From NCBI GenBank assembly GCA_964016885.1, contig OZ024741.1:161510001-161574000 (forward strand): a DNA stretch of 64,000 nucleotides, in the 5' to 3' direction. The stretch comes from Eledone cirrhosa (taxonomy: Eukaryota). Position 1 is the first letter of the stretch, and the number at the start of each line of letters is the position of its first letter. Both the position numbers and the translations under genes were made by a program. The notes beneath the pieces were generated by a model. It saw only the letters and a program-made list of their open reading frames with translations. It was not told the origin of the DNA and did not search any database. Positions 38,635 to 51,667 of this stretch are shown in pieces.

Positions 38635-39522
38635 CTTTGACCAGTATGCAGTCCATTTTGCTGTGGAGGGGAGAAAGAGAGATAGTGGGAAGGGTAGGGG
38701 AGAGGTTAGAGAGGGACAGAGAGAGATATAAGTCCAGTGAGAAATTTAAGGAGCGATTTAGAAGGAAAGAGAGAGAGAGAGCTTGTGCGATCTAGAGGAG
38801 AGAAAAAGAAAAAAGAAAAAAAGGGAGAGAGACAGAAGAGAGGAGCAAGAGAGATAGCGGGAAGAGTGGGGGGAAAGGTTAGAGAGAGAGAGAAGGAGAT
38901 AGATAAGTCCGGTGAGAAATTTAAGGTGCGATTTAGAGAGAGAGAGAGAGAGAGAGAGCTTGTGTGATCTAGAGAGAGAGATAGAGAGAGAGGAAGGAAG
39001 AAGGAGAGAGACACAGACAGCGTGAGAAATAGCAATGCAGAGAGAGAGAGAGAGAGAGGGGAAAAATAGCAACGTGGAGCGGTCAAAGACAACTATAAAT
39101 ATTAATAATTAATATCATTCAAAGAATATTTCGCGATTAAAACACCAAAACAAAGTGAAAAACAAATGATATCAACATGAAATATAAAATGAGACAGAAT
39201 AAATTAAGATAAAATAAAATAAGATAAATTTAAAATAAATTAAATGAATGAAACCCAAATAATTTAATGATATAGAATCACAAAGATTTATATATGTTGT
39301 ATATAAGTTGATTTCAAATGTAGGTATCGGTTTATTTACAAATATAAATAACGGGAACCATATATAGTGAACCGTAGTTATTGTAATATCAATATATCAA
39401 AAAGAACAACAAACACACATGCCAGCCGAGTCAGAAATAAAAATAAATTATATTAAATTGTTACTCAAAATAAAACAAATACAAAATAAAATAAAATTAA
39501 ATTAAAAAAATATATATATATA

Positions 39523-39803
39523 TACATAATATATAAGAACAAAAGATGGTTAAAAGAGTTCCATGTATTTTATTATGCGTATTTAAAAAACAAATATCAT
39601 CATGCAATAATATTTGTGTTTTCATCAGATAAAACAGGAAGACATGATATGAAGGTTAAAAAACACTTGTGGATAGTGCAGTTTTAAATCAACATATCTG
39701 ATGAAAACACAAATATTATTGCATGATGATATTTGTTTTTGAAATGAGCATAATAAAATACATGGAACTCTTTTAACCATCTTTTGTTCTTATATATTAT
39801 ATA
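39523..39803. mobile_element. Fold-back mini-insertion, family C-related hammerheads (39566-39636 minus; 39696-39760 plus)
   Basis: ~105-bp inverted arms; CTGATGA-AAACACAAATAT..ATATTTGTTTTT-GAAA-TGAGCA-TA-ATAAAATA. Confidence 0.8.
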
Positions 39804-39886
39804 TACTCCAGTCCTACAAACTGTAGAGTGCTTCTTATCCGATATCTGCATTGCTTTATTGTACTACAATAAAACTCACCTCCTAC

Positions 39887-39933
<47 letters not shown>

Positions 39934-40197
39934 AATATAAATTAGCGAGAATCGTATTTCAGCTCAGGAATTAACGAAAATCAACGTCCGATATGTGTGG
40001 CAAGCGCTCGATGATTTATGTGAATCAGAGCTACAACATACGTTAAGGGCCAAACACACTGAGATGAGGGTTAAACAGATCATCCGCACAGCCAAAACAA
40101 ACGACCAAGTAATTCGGGTCAAACAATAAAAATATATGTGTTGATAATTTACCCGGACCCTGGACTGATGGTAAAATCCAGTATTTGGTTTCTGCGA

Positions 40198-40200
<3 letters not shown>

Positions 40201-40260
<60 letters not shown>

Positions 40261-40372
40261 TATACTATATACATATATATATATACTATATATATATACA
40301 TATATATATATACATATATATACATATACATATATATACATATACATATATATACTATATACATATATATAC

Positions 40373-40418
<46 letters not shown>

Positions 40419-40469
40419 ATACATATACATATATATACATATATATACTATATACATATATATACTATA

Positions 40470-40501
<32 letters not shown>

Positions 40502-40502
40502 C

Positions 40503-40597
<95 letters not shown>

Positions 40598-40613
40598 CAT
40601 ATATATCTATATA
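40201..40613. repeat. (TA)n-rich microsatellite
   Basis: Direct inspection. Confidence 0.97.
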
Positions 40614-40680
40614 TGACAGTCGAGTTTGCAATTTTCAACTGACAGTTGAAAATTGCAAACTCGACTGTCACCACATATCA

Positions 40681-40719
40681 TGAACCTGAAGATTGTGAAA
40701 GCATGAAAGTACTTGTTCA
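40681..40719 (+). ncRNA. Minimal hammerhead, family F (5' pLTR)
   Basis: TGAAC-CTGAAGA-TTGTGAAAGCAT-GAAA-GTAC-TT-GTTCA. Confidence 0.88.
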
Positions 40720-40923
40720 ATTAACACTTAGAATTTAATATTCTATCATACTATTTCATTATAATACCATTATATATATTTTAAAGGATTGTAAATAAAA
40801 CGAGTAAATCAGACAAAGTTGGAATTCCTCTTATTAATATAATCTTCTATACACAATCATACACACCCGTGTATATTTACCTATCTATATCTATATATAT
40901 ATTCCTATTGTGTATATGCCAAC

Positions 40924-42273
40924 ATGTCTGGAAAGCAACAAATGAAACCAACAGAATCAGAAAGAATTCTAAAGGAGATATCATCAAAATTATCAACACT
41001 TATCACGATGATGGACACACAATCCTCTATTTTAAAGGAAATAGAAAAACAATCTACAGACGGAAAACTTATAACTGAACATATAAACTCTGAAATTAAC
41101 AATTTAGCTGAAATTATACCAACAGTTATCAAAGATACAAGAGAAAGCCTAACACAACCCCCTTGGATGTCAGAAATAAACGAAAGAAATTTGGAAAACA
41201 AAACACATCGAATAAGAAAAGAAATGTGGAAGACATGGAAAAAATTCCTTAACATAAGAAAACAAAATTTCTGGAAAGCATACAGATGCGAAAAATATGT
41301 CGAAACACATTCGAAATGGCTCTCTCTAACGGCACCCATACTCCCTCGTAAATACCTAATTACAGAAATTGCAGGAGAACCAGAAGAAGAAACAAAACTC
41401 CGATGGGAACTTACATTGACAAAATTCAGGACCGACATCTCCATTTCTGAATGTAAACAATCCCGCTACAAAGCCAAATATGAAGCTATTGATGACCAAA
41501 TTGAAGTTGAAATTTCAAAGCTAACGACTGGTATTATAGCTGAAAAACTACGAGAACTATGGATCGGAGATATCTCAAAAGAAGAAAACAAATCAAGAAA
41601 GGTATGGCAGCAGAAACAATTATTTCTTGATGAATATGCTGCAAATTACGGTAAAGACTCTGGAACCCTGAGAAAAAGCATTAAAAGTGGACAATCTCAT
41701 CAACACAACATACGCCAGAACACGTGCCAACACAAACACTCACCTTACCTTGAATCAAAGAAGAACTACGGTAATAACTCTTCGCTTTTTCTACAAAAAC
41801 ACCCTATCGCACACAACATGAACAAAAAGCACAAACACGATAGGTATTCCTTTGACCAGACCATGAGAAGTAGTAAAACCAGGAGATTATTCTCAAGATC
41901 TCAACAGAGACTACCAACAAGGAATGTGGAAACAAAACGTAGAATAACCAGATCACTCTCAAGATCTCAACAGAGATTGCCCACAAGAAACTGGACGAAA
42001 AAACGATCTAAACCTGAAAGCAAACCTAGGTCATTTTCCCAGATTGTTAAAAATAATGCTAACAGGAAGAAAAATAATATACAGAATACCAAAAATAGGA
42101 CAAAATACATAACGAAACCAAATATAATATCACGACCAAAAGTTCATCAAGCGAACACCAACAGGAATATAAATCCTGAACAGAGAAAAATTCATTTTTT
42201 AACGTCAGGACAACAAAAACCGGAAAAAGAAAAACTCCAGGAGGAAACATACCCAAAACAGCTGTACACGTAG
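40924..42273 (+). CDS. PLE upstream ORF (449 aa; helical N-terminal half, basic C-terminal half), function unknown
   Basis: Uninterrupted ATG ORF between the 5' pLTR and the RT frame; overlaps the RT frame at 42180-42273. Confidence 0.75.
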   Translation: MSGKQQMKPTESERILKEISSKLSTLITMMDTQSSILKEIEKQSTDGKLITEHINSEINNLAEIIPTVIKDTRESLTQPPWMSEINERNLENKTHRIRKEMWKTWKKFLNIRKQNFWKAYRCEKYVETHSKWLSLTAPILPRKYLITEIAGEPEEETKLRWELTLTKFRTDISISECKQSRYKAKYEAIDDQIEVEISKLTTGIIAEKLRELWIGDISKEENKSRKVWQQKQLFLDEYAANYGKDSGTLRKSIKSGQSHQHNIRQNTCQHKHSPYLESKKNYGNNSSLFLQKHPIAHNMNKKHKHDRYSFDQTMRSSKTRRLFSRSQQRLPTRNVETKRRITRSLSRSQQRLPTRNWTKKRSKPESKPRSFSQIVKNNANRKKNNIQNTKNRTKYITKPNIISRPKVHQANTNRNINPEQRKIHFLTSGQQKPEKEKLQEETYPKQLYT

Positions 42274-44505
42274 ATCCTAAAATAATTAATTTTTCTAAAA
42301 GAGATCTTGACAATGATGAAATGCAAATTCTGTCAAAAGGACTGAAATTCACACCGATTCCAACAGTCAACCACCAATAACTGAAGGAGGATACCCAAGA
42401 ATTCTGTCGAAAATTACGTCTTGTAGAATTCTTCGCTGATAAAAATAATGAGAGTGATGAATCACTAGTAAAGAATAAATCAATTTTCACTCCGCCAAAA
42501 GGAAGAAATATCTATCTCGACCAATACATTGACATCCTGTCTAAATTTCCTCTTAGACATAATACTAATGTTAGGCCAAACATTAACAAATCAGAAATGT
42601 CTGCACTTAAACGTATACAAAATGATAAAACAATAATAATTAAACAAGCAGATAAAGGGGGTGCAGTTGTTATAATGGATACTGAATACTACAAGGATTT
42701 GGTTGAGGAACAACTGAAAGACACAACATTCTATCATGAAATACCGTCAAATATAGACCACAACATCATGAAGAAGATCAACAACCTGGCTTCAAAATAC
42801 CACAACTCATTTACTGATAAGGAAAGAGACTACATCACCAATTTTGAGCCGAAACCCAGCAACCTGTATGGCCTACCGAAAGTTCACAAGTCAAAAGAAA
42901 TACAACTGGCAGTAAGAGAACAAAACAGTGAGTACATTAAATTATTACACCCAAAAGACTTAAAACTTAGACCTATTATAGCTGGTCCAACATGCCCCAC
43001 TCACCGTCTAAGCAATTTTGTTGACATTATTTTGAAACCACTATGTATTCACATACCCAGTTTCATCCGGGATGATATCGACTTCCTGTCCCATCTTCCC
43101 AAAACCACGGAAACGAATTCACTTCTACTCAGTTTTGATGTGGTAAGCCTTTACACCAACATTACACATGATTTAGGAATAAAGGCGGTTAAATACTGGG
43201 TGGAAAAACATAGAGAAGTGATTCCCATTAGATTCACAGCGCCATTTATATTAGACGCAGTTAAACTTATTCTGGAAAACAACTTTCTTCTTCAATGGAA
43301 AGAATTACATCCAAATTAGAGGCACAGCGATGGGAACGAAGTTTGCTCCCGTTTACGCGAACTCTGTAATGGGATACTTAGAACAACAACTCTACCAAGA
43401 AATAGAGGAAAAATATAGTACTGACTTTAGAAAGTACATTGAAAAATCTTGGAAGAGATACCTTGACGACTGTTTCATCATCTGGACAGAATCTCTAGAT
43501 ACTCTGGATGAGTTCAATATCCTCCTGAATAACCTACACCCATCTCTCCAATTCACAAAAGAGATGAGTAGGACCAAATTACCATTCCTAGATATAATGA
43601 TAATCAAAAACGACACCACCATTACCACGGATATATATTATAAATACACAGACACCCATCAATATCTGAATTTTAAGTCGTGCCATCCACCTCATACAAA
43701 ACGCAACATCCCATACTGCCTAGCCAGAAGAATTTGTACCATTGTAGAAGATACGAATACCAGGTACAAACGCCTAACAGAACTAAGAGAATTTTTGCTC
43801 AAACAAAAATACCCATCTCTACTTATAGAAAATGGCATACAGCGGGCTATAAAAATACCTATACAACAACTTAGAACAACCCAAGGAAGAAGAAACCAAG
43901 AACTGGTCATACCATTTATAATGACACACAACCCATGTCACCAGAATATCTTCAACACTGCCAAAGCAAACCTACCGATCATTGCTCAAAGTAATGAATT
44001 AAAAGGCTTAATCACAGATCGATCTTTGACTCTTAGTAAAAGACAGCCAAAAAATTTGAAGCAATTGCTAACAAAAGCAAACTTTGACCTTAACAACAAA
44101 GACCAATCATTCACTGTATCTAAATGCAATGATAATCGATGCGGCACATGTCAATCCATACACGCCGGTCAATATATGAAAACAAAAACTGGAAAAATAT
44201 TCCCAAATGCAAATATGAACTGCAAAAGCAGAAATCTAATTTACTGCATTAAATGCCCGAATTGTGAAGAACTATATGTTGGTCAAACTGGAAATGCACT
44301 ATCGGAACGTGCACGGGTACACCGTCAACAAATCAGATACCCAAATGTCCGTCAGATACCCCTAAGCGGCCACCTAGCAACATGTGGTCAGGGAATATTT
44401 ATAATATTCCCATTCTACAAATTACACAGCCCAAGTGAAATCAAGAGAAAAATCAAAGAAAAGAATTTTATTGATAAATTCAAACCCAAGCTAAATGAAC
44501 AATAA
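42195..44505 (+). pseudogene. PLE RT plus GIY-YIG ORF (stop at 42378-42380, frameshift near 43285)
   Basis: Continuous motif order across ORFs 42597-43319 and 43330-44505. Confidence 0.9.
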
Positions 44506-44702
44506 TAACGCCTAGGGGTATTACTTCTACTACCACTATGACCACGACCACTAACAACAACAACAATAATAATAATAATAAAAGTGATGTTGATGGTGAT
44601 GATTAATAGAAAATGCTATTTTCATCATTTCAAAAAAGCAAAACAATTGATACGTTGGATATGACTATTGGTCGTTAGCATGCTCAACCAGCCATGACGC
44701 TT

Positions 44703-44835
44703 AAACCAATCAGCTGCAGTAATTCAGTAAAACTACACACTGATTGGTCGAAATACAGTTTACAGGGCTTTGCATTCTGGAGCCACTTTTCTCTGTATAA
44801 AATGTAGAAAAGGTAGGAAATTTACCCATCTCATT
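44703..44835 (+). promoter_or_regulatory. Putative Pol II promoter of the PLE (CCAAT and ATTGG boxes, TATAAAA at 44796, TCATT initiator-like at 44831)
   Basis: Motifs lie immediately upstream of the base where the duplicated pLTR begins. Confidence 0.45.
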
Positions 44836-44874
44836 ACAGTTGAAAATTGCAAACTCGACTGTCACCACATATCA

Positions 44875-44913
44875 TGAACCTGAAGATTGCGAAAGCATGA
44901 AAGTACTTGTTCA
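44875..44913 (+). ncRNA. Minimal hammerhead, family F (3' pLTR)
   Basis: TGAAC-CTGAAGA-TTGCGAAAGCAT-GAAA-GTAC-TT-GTTCA; stem II TGC/GCA with GAAA tetraloop. Confidence 0.9.
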
Positions 44914-45859
44914 ATTAACACTTAGAATTTAATATTCTATCATACTATTTCATTATAATACCATTATATATTTTAAAGGATTGTAAATAAAACGAGTAAA
45001 TCAGACAAAGTTGGAATTCCTCTTATTAATATATATATATATATATATATAGTAAAAAATATATATATAGCAAAAATATATATATAGCAAAAAATATATA
45101 TATAGCAAAAAATCTGAAGTGTTTGCAACTTGCCAGCACCGCTTCAGACATTCCTTCCAAAACTTTAAGCCCAATATATAGCAATGTCGGACTTGAACCA
45201 AACACCACCTCTAGCATCAAACACCAGGGGCACACCTTATACCACATACCCAACACTAACTGATCTGATATAACACAAACAGCGACATCCCTCTAGAACC
45301 CTTCGCAGGGCGAATACCCATTCGTACCTCTACTTTAGGTGTGACAGCATCCACCCACCTGAACCGCACTACACTGCTCTATAGGTAATTTAGACATGGA
45401 TTGATTGTCTTGTTAGTGTTGTGCGGAGGAGGTGCCTTCGTTGGACGGATGAAAAACGAATTAATCTAGTAACGCTGTTGAGCAGTATGACCAGTACGCT
45501 GAGTGCAGGGAATGAATGTATTGCAACTGGCGTACGGGTTGTACATATATGGATGATTTGATGGTCGGAGTGGGGTCATGAGGACTGCGGATTGACCTCT
45601 GGTCAGCCCTGGTGATGATTATCTTTCGACATCCAATGTAGCAAGCGATGACCCAGAATTTACCAGAGATCATTGTGTGTTGAAGTGATTCTGCAATCAC
45701 CGCGCCTGGTCCTTTGAGTAGACTACAACCACAGAGATCATTAATTTAGAATCCTCGCCCGTCGTCTATAATATTCATTTGTGGCACTCTACGATGGGGG
45801 TTAATTCACCATAATAATACGAACACCTTCAGCACAACTTAATAGACTACTCTATAGTT

Positions 45860-46723
45860 AAAACACTTTAAGCTTTGGAAATTTTTTAGAAATTGCGCAT
45901 AACCATAGAAGTTAGGGTCTATTTTGAGACACATTTCAATATTTTGAGACACATCTCAATAGTTAGTAATAGAAACCTCGGAGTTACCTCCGCTCATGCA
46001 TTAACTCCCCTTAGCCACACACACACTTCCGGGTAGTATTTCAATGTCGATTCTCGAAACGTAACATCCTCCTGTATTGAACTAAAGAACATCAGACTAC
46101 GATTCTCTAACTGGATTATCAAACGCTCAATATCGAATTGTCGTGGATTATGTGAGGGGCATATAATCTGAAAAATACACTCCCCAGACTGTGAAAATGT
46201 CGAAATACATGAAGTCCATATCATCCCTTCGCTGTGCATTTCCAATATTTTTAATATTTTTAATGCTTGCACTATTTTTAATGCTTATATTATTTCTCCA
46301 CACACAGACTATAACAATCATATAAAGAATTTGCCACCAGATCAACCAACCTAACACTCTTGTTTACCTACTTAAGTGCTTCTACTACACGTAACTCTCT
46401 GCCACACTATATAAACAAGACGCACGTGCTTGCCACACATATAACATTTGCACTATATAACCGCTTATTTTCATGTTGTATTTTAACCTGTATTTTTTAT
46501 TGTATCTTTTAATGTGAATGTAATCTCTAAGTGTGTACTGCCACTCTAAATGCTGTAATGAATGTTGACCCACAATATTTGCATATGTATCTGTATGTCT
46601 CTTGGGTGAAAAGGAGGTCATATAAGTGTTCATTCATTAATAAATTGCTCCGAAGAATCCAAACCTCGGTTTGGAGGAAACAGTTGTAAGCATAAAAATG
46701 TTTTGAACAGTTCTTTGATTCTT

Positions 46724-46730
<7 letters not shown>
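45860..46730 (+). mobile_element. Possible highly degenerate PLE 3' end
   Basis: Faint VVFQC and IELSW remnants followed by a hammerhead fold and (TA)n. Confidence 0.4.
46646..46692 (+). ncRNA. Hammerhead-like fold, family G (core CCGAAGA)
   Basis: TGCT-CCGAAGA-TCCAAACC/GGTTTGGA-GAAA-CAGTTG-TA-AGCA. Confidence 0.65.
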
Positions 46731-46765
<35 letters not shown>

Positions 46766-46819
46766 TATATACATATACATATATATACTATATATATATA
46801 TATATATACATATATATAC

Positions 46820-46937
<118 letters not shown>

Positions 46938-46968
46938 CATATACATATAGATATATATATTTACATAC

Positions 46969-47100
46969 ATCATTTCTGAGGACGGCATGTATATGTGATG
47001 GTATGTATATTTCCTCTGATAATTTGTAATATTTTTACATAGATCTATATGATATACATACTAACACACATATACATCACAGAAACGATCATAAAATGAT
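46969..47100 (+). ncRNA. Hammerhead fold, family D relative (long stem II)
   Basis: ATCATTT-CTGAGGA-..ATGTATATGTG/CACATATACAT..-GAAA-CGATCA-TA-AAATGAT. Confidence 0.78.
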
Positions 47101-47222
47101 AAATTTTTTAATATAAGGAACTTGTCCTTTGTTTTTATTTCATTGTTTTTATTAATTTATATATATATTTACATACATATATATTTATATACATATACAT
47201 ATATATATACATATATATATAG

Positions 47223-47411
47223 AAAGTTATTACAGGTTGAATTGGAGTTAACCACAGTAAGTAAGGTACTCAATACATAGCAGAGTATAAAAGTTTTAAT
47301 ATAAAAGAGCTTCTACAGGACTAGAACTGATTCATTCGTGAGAAATCATCCTGATGATTTCTCATGAATGAAACAGTTCTAGTCCTGTAGAAGCTCTTCT
47401 ATATTAAAACT
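47223..47411. mobile_element. Fold-back mini-insertion, family E; hammerhead core at 47349-47392 (+)
   Basis: Homologous to 34800-34984; CTGATGA at 47351, GAAA at 47370. Confidence 0.8.
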
Positions 47412-47428
47412 AATATTACCTCACCTCC

Positions 47429-48375
<947 letters not shown>

Positions 48376-48377
<2 letters not shown>

Positions 48378-50312
48378 TTATTAAAATAACAGATTAAAGT
48401 TTAAGCAAAGAATCGCTGCTTTCACCCTTAACGGGATCTTCTGAAACTAACAAAGTCAATCTGTAAACGCAGAACTGGATATTTCAAAAAACGTTGCAAC
48501 CGGAGGAAGACAGGAAGACGATACTTTGGTTCGTGGTAACGTTCGCTGGCAAAGAACGGGAAAAAACGAATAATACGTCATTAATAGGAGCGGTGAAAAA
48601 TAATTACGCGAAAAGACAGAACCACGTTTATGGTATAAAAGAGGTCGTAGACTAATGTTCTCTTAGGTGGTGCATAGAGACGTTCTCTGGCAATGAACGA
48701 AAAAACGAAGATAATAAGTCATTTCTTACTCTACGACTCCTAACCTTGCACATAACATCACAGCTTCAAATTTAGATAAAATACCTAGCCGTAGGAACAC
48801 GTGCAACCCTGTAGTTAGTACTAACTGTAATTGTAGGAATCGGGCTGATTGCCCCCTATCCGGGAAATGCCTCTCTAGTAACATTGTCTACAAATGTAAG
48901 GTTGTAACACCCACGTCCCGTAGGGCCTACATAGGGTTAACCGCCAATAGTTTCAAGCAGCGTCTTTACATGCATACCCATTCGTTTCGTTACCCTCTAA
49001 GAAGGAATATGACGTCACTTTCAGCTTATATCTGGAGTCTAAAAGACAACCACACCCAATATAAGTTACACTGGGAGATCCTAGCTAGGGCTAGATCGTA
49101 TAACGGAAATAAAAGACCATGTGACCTCTGCGCCGCTGAGGCCCTGGAAATACTCTACGCTACAGACCACATCTTAAACAAAAAATCTGAGGCAATTTCG
49201 GCTTGTAAACATAAATTGCACAAAACTTTCCTGTATTACAGCCCCACGTTATACCCTAACGGATAGCACGATCTATACGTGGATATTTTACGTCTTGATG
49301 TGGGAGCTAAGTATATGTTTGTTTATTCCTTTACTTATTTGCATAGGTAAGTATATATTACCCGTATGTTTTGTGAAGGCATGTATACCTTCTCGTACGT
49401 ATATTTGACTGTTATGGCGTATAATTTTTACATATTCTGGTATTTAGGGTTTGGCTATGTGTATACGGGAGTTTTGCATCTGCGTGAGTATGCAGGTTCG
49501 TACGTATGGTGGGTGTGTGTATATGTGTACTTCTTGTTTTAGTTGACTTACGTCTCTGAACATTCGTGTATTTATATGTAGGTATGCGTGTGCGCTTGTT
49601 ATATACGTATTTATTTATTTATATACATTTATATAATTATTTATTTATTTGTACACAAGCATACACACACACACATATTTATATGTGGGTGGTTTTTTAT
49701 ACCTATGGTAAGGTTTTGCGTATGCTTGTGTATGTACATATCTGTTTGCGTGTATGTATTTATTTGTTTCTATTACTTCTGTATTGTATTTATTTACTTT
49801 GTTCTTAACTCTGTAGCGGAGATTCATTTGGTCTCCTAGTTAGAATTTTAGTCTACGACTTCTGCTTACCATTTACGTGATTTTGTTTTTGCGTGCTATT
49901 GTTCTCCACGCGCCACATATGACTTATTATCTTCGTTTTTTCGTTCATTGCCAGAGAACGTCTCTATGCACCACCTAAGAGAACATTAGTCTACGACCTC
50001 TTTTATACCATAAACGTGGTTCTGTCTTTGCGCGTAATTGTTTTTCACCGCTCCTATTAATAACGTATTATTCGTTTTTTCCCGTTCTTTGCCAGCGAAC
50101 GTTACCACGAACCAAAGTATCGTCTTCCTGTCTTCCTCCGGTTGCAACGTTTTTTGAAATATCCAGTTCTGCGTTTACAGATTGACTTTGTTAGTTTCAG
50201 AAGATCCCGTTAAGGGTGAAAGCAGCGATTCTTTGCTTAAACTTTAATCTGTTATTTTAATAAATATTTGCTCTACGGTTCTTATATATTTGATATATAT
50301 TTTCCTTATCGA
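48376..50312 (+). mobile_element. 5'-truncated PLE family B with inverted pLTR (48376-48722), GIY-YIG domain (48721-49266) and 3' pLTR
   Basis: ISYSTTPN..CNCRNRADCPLSGKC..IVYKC..AYIG; 48376-48722 is the reverse complement of ~49919-50265. Confidence 0.92.
50193..50243 (+). ncRNA. Hammerhead-like fold, family B (core CAGAAGA); inverted copy at 48398-48448
   Basis: AGTTT-CAGAAGA-TCCC/GGGT-GAAA-GCA[9 nt]TGC-TT-AAACT. Confidence 0.75.
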
Positions 50313-50528
50313 GCCCTCTTTGGATTTTAGTCTTCCATTTTATTATTATTACTATATACATATATATATATATATATACATATATTTATATACATATACA
50401 TATATTTATATACATATACATATATTTATATACATATACACATATTTATATACATATACATATATTTATATACATATACATATATATATTTATACATATA
50501 TTTCTTCTAACTTTAATTTTATACCTAA

Positions 50529-51667
50529 CTAGCAGAGGTACCCGGCGTTGCTCGGGTATTAAATAGCAGTTATGTATACCATTTATGTCAATACTTCAGT
50601 GCTGCTTCGAAAACTATACTTTTATAAACTCATCGACTTTTTCGAAAAGGGGGTTCCTGCCCTCAGGGGTCCCCTACTCAATATGTGCCAATTCTGAGAG
50701 TTCACATTCATCTGTAGAACAAACGTATCCCATGTGTCAAGTTTTGTGAAAATCGGTTGCGAACTCCAGAAGTTATGACTTTTTTTTTGCATTGCACTGC
50801 AGTGCTTCAGTCGACTCCAAGGAAGTGGTTAAAGGGCGTTATCCGCCGGGAGGCCCTATAATCAATATCTGGAAAAATGAAAGTGTCCATGACCATCCGG
50901 AGTACATGAGTAACCTATGTCTTAAGTTTGGTGAAAATACTGTAGAAATGCATAAGGTTTACACACACGCGCGCACGCGCACGTGTGTGTGTGTGTGTGT
51001 GTATGTATTTGTGTGTGCGTATGTATAAGTATGTGTATGTTCGTCGGTGCATACGTATGTACTGGCCTAAATCTTCACTATTTATTTTTACTATGTTAAG
51101 GCAAAGTTAAAATCACGTCGAGGTTAACTTTGCCTTTCATCCTTACGGGGTCGATAAAATAAAGTACCAGTAATGTACTGTTTAATTGCTGGCCTTGTGC
51201 CAAAAGTAGAAACAACTATTTTAATAACCTGTCATTTTCGTTTATAATTTTATTTACATCATTCTTAAACTCCGGGGCTGGAAATCATTCGGTTATTTTA
51301 AATAGAATATTAGGCTAACGACTCCATTTACACCATAAACTTGGTCTTCTCTTTGCATGAAATTGTTCTTCTCGGTCCACCGCGTCGTTTATACGTAACA
51401 TAAATAGATAAGCAAATGACGCCATAAAAGGGAAATAACTCGTCTCTCATCTCTATTTATACATTTGAACTGAAAAATCAATACATTACAAATTCGATTT
51501 TTACACTTGGCGTGGGTCGATTTGAAAATTTATTTGACCGATGGTTCCGCCGGACCTTCATCTATAAGTGTAGCAATTTCACCGAAATTTGAACGTACGG
51601 TTTAAGAGGAGATGTGTGCCGAAGATTTTAGTAGACAGACAGACAACCTCAGTTTTATATATATAGA
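50529..51667 (-). mobile_element. Non-autonomous Helitron-like element containing a SINE family 1 fragment (51117-51220)
   Basis: Minus strand A|TCTATATATATAAAA...TACCCGAGCAACGCCGGGTA hairpin...CTAG|T. Confidence 0.8.

Larger units (their letters stand above)
35003..39090 (-). mobile_element. CR1/L2-group LINE, near full length: GA-rich 5'UTR, ORF1 with CCCH finger, ORF2 APE+RT (disabled)
   Basis: ORF1 CKFFRNGTCWHG..CRFAHP; ORF2 LLLNVRGL, LTETHL, GGVALYI, SDH, YLDFAKAFD, QGTVLGPLLF, YADD, LYSLERR; short tandem tail. Confidence 0.9.
40614..45033 (+). mobile_element. Near full-length EN+ PLE (Neptune-like linker) with direct pLTRs 40642-40841 and 44836-45033 and a 28-bp terminal fold-back
   Basis: INFS..LSKGLKF, KQADKG, YGLPKVHK, RPII, FDVVSLY, GTAMG, RYLDD, CxxxxCxxC, LIY..YVG; inserted in (TA)n. 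Confidence 0.95.

Noticed and set aside
26288-44505. Possible selenocysteine-recoding or N-terminal-endonuclease PLEs
   Set aside because: All PLEs here have a C-terminal GIY-YIG, and the in-frame stop seen is TAA, not UGA at a Cys position.
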